This document shows, piece after piece, positions 8,856-15,628 of a stretch of DNA of 38,821 nucleotides; position 1 is the first letter of the stretch; each line of letters starts with the position of its first letter. A program made the translations under genes and the position numbers. Where the stretch lies: the IMG/VR virus record IMGVR_UViG_3300037467_000469, positions 1 through 38,821 of that record. One strand, 5' to 3'. The notes beneath the pieces were generated by a model that worked only from the letters and a program-made list of their open reading frames with translations, made no database searches and was not told the DNA's origin. The stretch comes from a virus. Lineage: Duplodnaviria; Caudoviricetes.

Positions 8856-9608
8856 TTACAGATCCTCGCGGTACCGCAGAACCAACCTGCGGGGCATGTG
8901 CTGGGCCTCTACACCGTCGCGGCTTTGAGGCAGTTGGTTGTAGACGATGTAGACCGGGTTGTGCCAGTAGGTGACAGAGTACTGGGCGCCTGTCGTCGGC
9001 CCCCGCCCAGCGTTCCAAGTGATCACGTTTTTATCCACAGAGTAATCCACACCCTGTTGATAGTACGTGATGGCACCTGTCGTCTGGTCTGCTGTCAGTA
9101 CGTAGTCCACGGCTGGGGCGCCTTCGTCGTTCGTGGCGACTGCCTCATAACGCAGGGTATCAGCCGGGGCGCCTGCCCGGTCAACACCGCGAACCAGCGT
9201 GTCATGGGTGCGAAACAGAGCGTCCAGCAGGGTGAACTTGTCATACTCTCCCACGGGGAAGAGCGGGTTCAACTCAAACTGAAAGTGTTGCGCGTCCTGC
9301 TGGCGGCGAACTTCGAAGGGGATCGTAGCGATTAAATCGCCCATTTTCCAGTCCCCGAGACCGTTAAATTCCTTGTTAAGGACTAATCCGGTGACTAGTA
9401 CACCGTCGCCTTCAATCACAGGCGACAAGTAGACGTAACCAGTGCCGTTGCAGGCCGCGCAGTTGGCACCGGGCTGACCGCTGTCCAAGTTCCAACAAGT
9501 ACAGCGGTTGGCGCGTTCCCACTTCACACGGGATGCGTGATTGGAAATGGACGCCGCAAACTGTCGGGATTGCAAGGTCGGTGTGTGCTGGTATCTGAAA
9601 GAAGGCAT
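8856..9608 (-). CDS. Neck (head closure) protein with Cys-rich motif
   Basis: ATG 9608 after AGGGGG; WERANRCTCW...CAACNGTGYVY zinc-finger-like motif typical of Twort-like neck proteins. Confidence 0.65.
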   Translation of the reverse strand: MPSFRYQHTPTLQSRQFAASISNHASRVKWERANRCTCWNLDSGQPGANCAACNGTGYVYLSPVIEGDGVLVTGLVLNKEFNGLGDWKMGDLIATIPFEVRRQQDAQHFQFELNPLFPVGEYDKFTLLDALFRTHDTLVRGVDRAGAPADTLRYEAVATNDEGAPAVDYVLTADQTTGAITYYQQGVDYSVDKNVITWNAGRGPTTGAQYSVTYWHNPVYIVYNQLPQSRDGVEAQHMPRRLVLRYREDL

Positions 9609-9619
9609 GCAAGCACCCC

Positions 9620-10483
9620 CTACAGGACCGTGAAGCGCAGACCCTTGAGTTTGTCGCGCTTCGACTTGATCCATTCGGTGATCTCGTCCGCGTAGATCTT
9701 CCGGCGCGCACCGAAAGCCGCAAAAGATGGGCTGGACGTCTGCGAAAGACTCTCCGACAGACCGTCCAGCGACACGCTGTAGCTCGAAACACCCGGCAGG
9801 AAGGCGTCACCAGCCACATCCAGCGCCATGATGGCGGCGAAACGGGCCACGTTGTCCCCGATGTCGGCGTTTTCCATGTCCGTTAGGTCCAAACCAGCAT
9901 CGTAGTCCACCCATAGGGCGCCCGGCGTGTTCCGTGCCCAGTTGGTGGTCATCAGGGGATACCCGTTGTAGGGGAAGACCATCCCGGCGCTAACGCTCCA
10001 AGGTACGATGCGCAGAAGGCCGTTCTTCCGGTCCAGATGAAGCCAATCAGCCGGGTACTCAACCACAGGTTGTCCGTTTGGGACACGCAAACTAACCTTC
10101 AGTACCTGTGTCACGGGCTTTTGGCGCAGACGAAGGGTGATGACACCATCTGCGTAGTCCTCCGGGTGCCAATCGTAAGGCTCTTCGTCAATCTCGAAGT
10201 CGCCCTCCGTAACCTCACCCGTGATCTTCCGCTTGGTCTTTAGTAGGCCTTGTGCCGCGCCGTTGCACCTGACCCGGTTCATGTTGAGCTTGATATCCAG
10301 ATCGTCCTCGAACTTCGCTACAGCCCGGTTAATGTACCGGGCCAGCGTGTCCGGGGTCATCGTGGTGCCGAACTCCGTAGACAGCAGAGGAAGACCGAAC
10401 AGATAGTCGGCCTTCAACTGCTTCACGGTCAGCCATTCCGGGGTAGGGACGGTTTGGTCCTTCTCCGTCAAAACGTAAGCCAT
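9620..10483 (-). CDS. Head-tail adaptor protein
   Basis: YLFGLPL, VDYDAG and GVSSYSVSLDGLSES..QTSS....AFGAR motifs; position after the capsid genes. Confidence 0.7.
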   Translation of the reverse strand: MAYVLTEKDQTVPTPEWLTVKQLKADYLFGLPLLSTEFGTTMTPDTLARYINRAVAKFEDDLDIKLNMNRVRCNGAAQGLLKTKRKITGEVTEGDFEIDEEPYDWHPEDYADGVITLRLRQKPVTQVLKVSLRVPNGQPVVEYPADWLHLDRKNGLLRIVPWSVSAGMVFPYNGYPLMTTNWARNTPGALWVDYDAGLDLTDMENADIGDNVARFAAIMALDVAGDAFLPGVSSYSVSLDGLSESLSQTSSPSFAAFGARRKIYADEITEWIKSKRDKLKGLRFTVL

Positions 10484-10504
10484 GAGCCGCACCGTCCCTT
10501 CTGA

Positions 10505-10960
10505 TTACTGGATGCCAATCTCAGCGAGCTTGGCCCGCAGGGTGGTCTTGGTCCAGTTCTTCTTGGCGGGAATGCCGTTGTCGCGGGCCTTAGCGAAAAG
10601 CTGGTTCCACTCCTCATCCTCAGCCTCAGCGTTGACGTCGCCCTGCTCAGGTGCCGAGGTCTGCTCAGGTGCCGAGGTCTGCTCAGGTGCCGAGGTCTGC
10701 TCAGGTGCCGAGGTCTGCTCAGGCGCCGGGGTAGGGGCCGGGGTGGTCTTCGGGGCGCTTCCGTTGATCAGTTCCCGCACCTTGTCGGCAACGGTCTGCG
10801 CCACAGCGGTCTCGTCATACTCCTTGTAGCCGACAGCCTTGGCCTGCGCCATCGCTTCGTCGGACTCAACGTTGCCAACGCCGTTCTTGAAGATGACGGC
10901 CTCGCCCGCGATATAGACGGTCCCGTTGAATGCCCGGTTCTCCAGTTGAATCTTCGGCAT
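10505..10960 (-). CDS. Small capsid-adjacent protein with APEQTS repeats and C-terminal HeH/Rho-N-like helical motif
   Basis: 151 aa, GGAGGAGG RBS; C-terminal WNQLFAKARDNGI....WTKTTLRAKL. Confidence 0.55.
   Translation of the reverse strand: MPKIQLENRAFNGTVYIAGEAVIFKNGVGNVESDEAMAQAKAVGYKEYDETAVAQTVADKVRELINGSAPKTTPAPTPAPEQTSAPEQTSAPEQTSAPEQTSAPEQGDVNAEAEDEEWNQLFAKARDNGIPAKKNWTKTTLRAKLAEIGIQ
10643..10727. repeat. 18 bp in-frame tandem repeat (4 full + 1 partial) encoding APEQTS
   Basis: Unit ctgctcaggtgccgaggt read directly from the sequence. Confidence 0.95.
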
Positions 10961-10985
10961 GTGGGTGTCCTCCTCCCAGTACTTG

Positions 10986-11015
10986 AAAAAGGGGCAGGGC
11001 CTATGACCCTGCCCC
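10986..11015 (-). terminator. Rho-independent terminator after major capsid gene
   Basis: GGGGCAGGG/CCCTGCCCC stem followed by TTTTT on the minus strand. Confidence 0.8.
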
Positions 11016-11036
11016 TCTTCGGTGCCGTTATATGAA

Positions 11037-12485
11037 CTACTTGTTCAGAGCGTCGTGCATGGCGCCCGGATCGAAGCCCGGCACCCAGCCGATGTTCTTG
11101 ATGACGACAAAGCGCTTGGCGTTGTAAACGACAGGCATGCCGTACATCAGGATCATGAAGCGTTCCGCCGTAGAAATGCGGGCCAGCGGGAGCTTCATGA
11201 GCGGCGCCAACTGCATGAACCGGACAGCCTGCTCACCGTCGAAGTCGCCTACAAGGCAACGAGACGTGCCGGGAATGTCGAAGTTCTTGTCCACGATGGT
11301 GGTCGTGGCGCCCGCAGTGGCCTTGACGTCGAAGGCGTGCTGAACCTTGTTGCTACCCGGCGCAGTGGAGCGGTAGACCTTGTAGTACCGCACGCCAGCC
11401 GGGTTGTTGACGGTAATGGTGACGGCCTGTCCAGCCGCGACAGCGACAGTGCCCGTGACCGGGACCGACCAGCCCTTCGCGTTGACGGCGACGATGCTGT
11501 AGGTCTGGGTGCCTGCATCGGTGGCGGCGAACTTGGCGGTGGCGTCGGCACCAGCGGTAATGGCACCCGACAGAGTCGGCGCAGACGGGGCGTCCGGGTT
11601 GGAAGCGGCAGTCGGAGCGTTCTCACCCTTCTGGATGAACAGGTTGTTCTCGAAGGGGATCGTGCCGTGCGCCGACTCGTACTTGTTGACCGGGGCGCCC
11701 AGCGTGCCGTTGGCGGCACCCCATGGCGCACGCCGGAAGTTGGTGTTCGGGTCGGTGCCGTCGCCAATGATCAGGGTGGCGAGCGCGGCCTTGTCGTAGT
11801 TGTTCAGGTAGGCGACCTCAGGGACGCCATAGCCCTGCGTGGCGATCAGGTAGGCGGCGGCTTCGAAGACGCCCTCAGTGAGGAACTTACCGCGCATGTC
11901 GATGACGTGCGTCGGCTCGTCACGCTCGATCTGGGCGAACAGGCCGTCCCACTGAAGCGGATCAAGCTGGGAGTCGCCATAGAACAGGGACGACTCGATC
12001 TGCTTGAGCAACCACGTGGTGCCGTCCTGCGACTGCTTGGTGACCATGTCGCCAAGGACGTTCCGGACCAGCGTCGCGCCAAGGGTGATGCTCCGGGTGG
12101 TACCCAAGAACTTCACCAGCGCGGAGCGGCGCTCCCACTGGCTGTCTTCCTCGTTCGGCAGACCGCCGTCAATCATGAACGGCGAGGACTTGCCGCCGAA
12201 GGAGACCATCCGGTTGTACTCCTCGGTCGTGTTGTAAGCGGGCCGCTTGGCAATCCGCTTGTAGAGCTTGACGTGCTTCTCGGTAGCAAGCGACGTCTTC
12301 AGGGTGAGTTCCAGCGACTGCGGACGCAGGACGGACATGTCGCCCGTGTACTGACCATAGGCCTCACCGGACTGGCCCGTACCAAGGGCCTTGTTCAGCG
12401 CGTCAAGGCTCTCGACATGGTCCAGACCCCAGCCAGACAGGTTCAGGTGACCAAACTGCTCAACGCCAAGGACTTCCATGCTCAT
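11037..12485 (-). CDS. Major capsid protein (Twort/SPO1-like), with cleavable N-terminal propeptide
   Basis: LNKALGTG...LRPQSLE..L...KRPAYNT..EYN...IESSLFYGDS...VIDMRG...YYKVYRS resembles the phage K-type capsid, which is matured at VVK/SFQTG as I recall. Confidence 0.92.
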   Translation of the reverse strand: MSMEVLGVEQFGHLNLSGWGLDHVESLDALNKALGTGQSGEAYGQYTGDMSVLRPQSLELTLKTSLATEKHVKLYKRIAKRPAYNTTEEYNRMVSFGGKSSPFMIDGGLPNEEDSQWERRSALVKFLGTTRSITLGATLVRNVLGDMVTKQSQDGTTWLLKQIESSLFYGDSQLDPLQWDGLFAQIERDEPTHVIDMRGKFLTEGVFEAAAYLIATQGYGVPEVAYLNNYDKAALATLIIGDGTDPNTNFRRAPWGAANGTLGAPVNKYESAHGTIPFENNLFIQKGENAPTAASNPDAPSAPTLSGAITAGADATAKFAATDAGTQTYSIVAVNAKGWSVPVTGTVAVAAGQAVTITVNNPAGVRYYKVYRSTAPGSNKVQHAFDVKATAGATTTIVDKNFDIPGTSRCLVGDFDGEQAVRFMQLAPLMKLPLARISTAERFMILMYGMPVVYNAKRFVVIKNIGWVPGFDPGAMHDALNK

Positions 12486-12525
12486 GCTCGCTCATCTCCT
12501 TCCAATTAGTCAGCGTGTGGGTAGT

Positions 12526-13218
12526 TTAGAGGGAGATGCCGATGGCGGCGGCGACGGACGGGGTAAGTTCGCCCGTTACCTCGTAGCGGGTCACATCGCT
12601 GGCGCCAATGGCCCCGGTTTCAACCGCAGAAATCAGCTTAGCCTCAATCTGCGCCCGCGTCGGCCCACCACCCTGCTGGGCACCCTGACCGCTCAGGGAC
12701 TTCTGCAGGGAATGAAGCTGGCGCGTGTCGGTGACCGCCCGGCGCCCGACCGGGTTCTCTGCAAGGCTCTTGATCAGGTCGTGCATCTCCGTGATCTGAG
12801 TCTTCATGGCGGTGTTCTCCTCCATGACGCTCTTGACCGCCTTGCCGACCACGCCAAGGCTCTTAGCAAGCTGGACGTTGAAGATGTTCTGGGCCGACAG
12901 GGACTTGTCCAGCTTCGTCTCGAAGCCATCAACCGTGGCGCCAAGCTGGGTTACAAGGTTCTCAAGGAAGTCGGAGACCTCGAGAACGGTCTCGGTGTCT
13001 TCGTGCGACTTGACCAGATCGGTAACGAAGGACTTCTCGGTGTCTTCGTCTTCCTCACGGGACTCCTCACCGGACTCCTCACCGGACTCCTCACCGGACT
13101 CCTCGTCCTCGTCCGGCTCGTAGTCATCATCATTCGAGACGGATTCCTCCGAGCCGCCTTCAGCCGACTTCAGAAGCTCATCAAGCTCGATATCCAAGCT
13201 CTTAGAAAGATCTACCAT
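12526..13218 (-). CDS. Scaffold protein from internal in-frame start
   Basis: Perfect GGAGGTGA RBS before the in-frame ATG at 13218 (MVDLSKSLD...); acidic, coiled-coil, many x-x-K-S sites. Confidence 0.65.
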   Translation of the reverse strand: MVDLSKSLDIELDELLKSAEGGSEESVSNDDDYEPDEDEESGEESGEESGEESREEDEDTEKSFVTDLVKSHEDTETVLEVSDFLENLVTQLGATVDGFETKLDKSLSAQNIFNVQLAKSLGVVGKAVKSVMEENTAMKTQITEMHDLIKSLAENPVGRRAVTDTRQLHSLQKSLSGQGAQQGGGPTRAQIEAKLISAVETGAIGASDVTRYEVTGELTPSVAAAIGISL

Positions 13219-14064
13219 AGACAATTCACCTCCTGCCAGCTTTTCAGCTAGGCTTTTTAGCAAAACCGCCCGGCTGTAGCCGTAGCGGGCCGCTTCCTCG
13301 GCTACGTCCGGGGCATCTGCCAACAGATACAGGTCTGCGGCGATGCGCTCCGGAGTTAGGGCCTTGGTCAGCTTGCGATTCCGTGCGCGGTGCATGCCGC
13401 CCAGCCAGCGACCAACCACTTGCCGGACCCGCCGGGCAAAATCGTTGTACGCGGCGTTCGGATCCCCAGCGCCTTCGAGACTTTCCGGCATGATGGTAGC
13501 CATGCCGCCAGTGTCCAGTGAGAACTCCAGCGGGTCGGAACTAAAGTCCAACGACTTGGCGATGCGCGCCCATGCGCCCGTATCGACCGGGTTCATGGTC
13601 AGCACCACGTTGCGGATGATCGACTTGGTGACCCTGCCGGGGTCTTTGGGATCACGGGCGCGGGCGCCGCCTTCGATGGAGAAGCCCATCCGGCGACTTG
13701 AACCAGACTTCTCGAGCGTTTCCATCTGCTCAATGATCTGTTTGGTGTACTTGTGCTTGCCATAGAGCATGCCTTTGATGAAGAAGCCATCCGGGGTGAT
13801 CCGGGCCTCCAGCGGTTCCCCGATGAACTGATCCGGCTGAACCAGACCCTTCTTGTCGTGGTGCTCCCACTTGATGTGGCCCTTACTCAGGAAGTAGCTG
13901 TAGTCGATGCCCTCAGGGACCAACTGCTCGTTCTGCTCGTCCCGTTGGCCTGAGTTGGCAACGCCTTCCACGATGACGTTTCCGGTCTCCGGATCGACTG
14001 TGGACTTGGTGATTTCGACGCCCCAAACAAGGCGGTCTTCCGGGCGAATTTCAGCCTCGACCAT
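12526..14064 (-). CDS. Prohead protease fused to scaffold
   Basis: VEGVANS..RDEQNE, KWEH, GFSIEG and VVLT.NPV protease motifs; acidic coiled-coil C-terminal half; likely ATG 14064 after AGGGGGT. Confidence 0.88.
   Translation of the reverse strand: MVEAEIRPEDRLVWGVEITKSTVDPETGNVIVEGVANSGQRDEQNEQLVPEGIDYSYFLSKGHIKWEHHDKKGLVQPDQFIGEPLEARITPDGFFIKGMLYGKHKYTKQIIEQMETLEKSGSSRRMGFSIEGGARARDPKDPGRVTKSIIRNVVLTMNPVDTGAWARIAKSLDFSSDPLEFSLDTGGMATIMPESLEGAGDPNAAYNDFARRVRQVVGRWLGGMHRARNRKLTKALTPERIAADLYLLADAPDVAEEAARYGYSRAVLLKSLAEKLAGGELSMVDLSKSLDIELDELLKSAEGGSEESVSNDDDYEPDEDEESGEESGEESGEESREEDEDTEKSFVTDLVKSHEDTETVLEVSDFLENLVTQLGATVDGFETKLDKSLSAQNIFNVQLAKSLGVVGKAVKSVMEENTAMKTQITEMHDLIKSLAENPVGRRAVTDTRQLHSLQKSLSGQGAQQGGGPTRAQIEAKLISAVETGAIGASDVTRYEVTGELTPSVAAAIGISL
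13060..13104. repeat. 12 bp in-frame tandem repeat encoding EESG
   Basis: Unit ggactcctcacc, about 3.7 copies. Confidence 0.9.
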
Positions 14065-14091
14065 CCGACACACCCCCTAGAAAAACATAAA

Positions 14092-14159
14092 ACGGCCTCG
14101 CTCATACTGGCTTAGTCAACCCCCGATTAAGGGGGCAAAAGCGGGTATGAGCGGGCCGT
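14092..14159 (-). promoter_or_regulatory. Long stem-loop in protease/capsid leader followed by U-rich tract
   Basis: ACGGCC(T)CGCTCATAC pairs with GTATGAGCGGGCCGT, with inner CCCCC/GGGGG; followed by TTTATGTTTTTC and then the RBS on the minus strand. Confidence 0.6.
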
Positions 14160-14190
14160 CCATGAAGGACACAGTTGTGCCGCTGGGACT

Positions 14191-14220
14191 AAGATACCAT
14201 AGGTAGCGAACAGTTGACAA
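14191..14220 (-). promoter_or_regulatory. Putative sigmaA-like promoter for protease-capsid operon
   Basis: TTGTCA-N18-TATCTT with extended -10 TG on the minus strand. Confidence 0.4.
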
Positions 14221-14281
14221 TACATCAGGAAGGAAATTCCCCCAAGATGGACGAATTTTGCCCATCAGAGGGGGTTTTCCC

Positions 14282-14848
14282 ATGTATGACGTGATTTTGG
14301 CAGATCCACCGTGGCAATACAGTGTCTTCAACGCCCTGAAAACCAGTAAGACCGCCAAGGCTGTAGGTGCCGCCACAGGCCACTACGACACGATGACGCT
14401 TACACAGATCAAAGCGCTTCCAGTTGTTGATCTCGCCGCACCAAACTGCGCTCTGTTTATGTGGGTGACAAACCCGCTTCTCGAACAGGCCTTTGACCTG
14501 ATGAGGGCTTGGGGCTTTACCTACAAGACCGTCGCTTTCACATGGATCAAGGTCTACAAGGACGGGCGTCCCATCTGTGGGCTGGGCCACTACACCCGGA
14601 GCGCTACGGAGCTTTGCCTGCTGGGCATTCGGGGCAGTATGCCGCGAGACGACAACAAAGTTGGGCAGGTCATCTATGCCCCGGTTCAGGGTCACAGCCG
14701 GAAGCCAGATGAACAGTACGCCCGGATCATGTCGCTTTATCAGGGGCGCCGCTACTTGGAGATGTTCGCCCGGCGCCCGTGGGACGGCTGGTCAAGCTGG
14801 GGCAACCAGATCGAAAGCGCCCCGGATGCCACTCAGGTGCTCGGATAA
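14282..14848 (+). CDS. MT-A70 family adenine methyltransferase
   Basis: YDVILADPPW, LFMWVT, WGFTYKT.AF.W.K, G.GHYTR..TE.CLLG.RG, HSRKP, YLEMFAR, GW.SWGNQ; ATG 14282 after AGAGGGGG. Confidence 0.92.
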   Translation: MYDVILADPPWQYSVFNALKTSKTAKAVGAATGHYDTMTLTQIKALPVVDLAAPNCALFMWVTNPLLEQAFDLMRAWGFTYKTVAFTWIKVYKDGRPICGLGHYTRSATELCLLGIRGSMPRDDNKVGQVIYAPVQGHSRKPDEQYARIMSLYQGRRYLEMFARRPWDGWSSWGNQIESAPDATQVLG

Positions 14849-14852
14849 AAGG

Positions 14853-14880
14853 AAAACCCCGCCATATGGCGGGGTTATTT
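14853..14880. terminator. Bidirectional terminator between convergent genes
   Basis: AACCCCGCC-ATAT-GGCGGGGTT with A/T tracts on both sides. Confidence 0.75.
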
Positions 14881-15084
14881 CGTTACCACGTGTCGGATGT
14901 TCGGGGCCAGCCTGACGGGGACTTCAACCCCCTGCTTGCACTGAGGACACTTGCCGACCGCCCGCCCATCAGGCCGGAACGTGGTCAGCCGTGTGAGTAG
15001 GTGCAGGTTCCCCGCCTCGTCACGGGTCATGAGGCTCTTCCCGCACTGGGGACAGGTCACTTCGTGACTACTCACACGGTCCAC
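14875..15084 (-). CDS. Small zinc-ribbon protein
   Basis: 69 aa with CPQC...CPQC; translationally coupled to the upstream gene. Confidence 0.6.
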   Translation of the reverse strand: MDRVSSHEVTCPQCGKSLMTRDEAGNLHLLTRLTTFRPDGRAVGKCPQCKQGVEVPVRLAPNIRHVVTK

Positions 15085-15087
15085 CGC

Positions 15088-15378
15088 CTACTCCACAACT
15101 AGGTCGTACGTTTTCTGGAAGATGTCTAACTTGCAGGGGTAGATCTCGCCATTGACCCCCGTAATGAGCATGTCCCCGCGCTCGAATCGCATAGTGCCTT
15201 CTGGCGTAGGGACAAGGTAACAGTCGTCAGTCTCATGGGTGATTGGCTGGCCCTTATAGCGGAATGACCACGGTACGCCGTGCACAAGGTTGGCGTCTTC
15301 GGAGGCTTGTCCATAAGCGACTAGTTCAGCAAATGTGATAGCCTCGATCACCACAGGTTTCTTGCGGAACTTAGCCAC
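15088..15378 (-). CDS. Conserved phage protein (KKPVVIEA / PGDYG-like family)
   Basis: MAKFRKKPVVIEA...TPEGTM....GDMLITG..GEIYPCK.DIF.KTY is a widespread phage protein signature. Confidence 0.75.
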   Translation of the reverse strand: MAKFRKKPVVIEAITFAELVAYGQASEDANLVHGVPWSFRYKGQPITHETDDCYLVPTPEGTMRFERGDMLITGVNGEIYPCKLDIFQKTYDLVVE

Positions 15379-15628
15379 CAGTTTTCACCCCCTTCAGGTA
15401 CGCTGTCGCCTCAGGCGGCGGGGTAATGTCGTGTTGGACCATAGCCGGGGCCAGCTTCTGCCAGATGGCGGCGATGGTCTCCTCACACTTCTGCGGGTCA
15501 TGGGTCATTTCCCGGCGAAAACCGGGGATGCCCTTCCGGAAGTAGTCCACCGTAGCGGCTACTTCCGGGGCGCCCTCACGCTCGATCCCGTTGTACATGG
15601 CGACAGTGAAGCGGGGTTCCTTAGCCAT
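15371..15628 (-). CDS. Hypothetical protein
   Basis: ATG 15628 after GGGAGGG, overlapping the end of the 2106 aa gene; 85 aa. Confidence 0.6.
   Translation of the reverse strand: MAKEPRFTVAMYNGIEREGAPEVAATVDYFRKGIPGFRREMTHDPQKCEETIAAIWQKLAPAMVQHDITPPPEATAYLKGVKTGG

Noticed and set aside
11022-12509. 495 aa plus-strand ORF
   Set aside because: Antisense shadow of the major capsid gene, expected from high-GC codon bias; no recognisable motifs.
14214-14245. Plus-strand TTGACA as promoter for the methyltransferase
   Set aside because: No acceptable -10 hexamer at 16-18 bp spacing.
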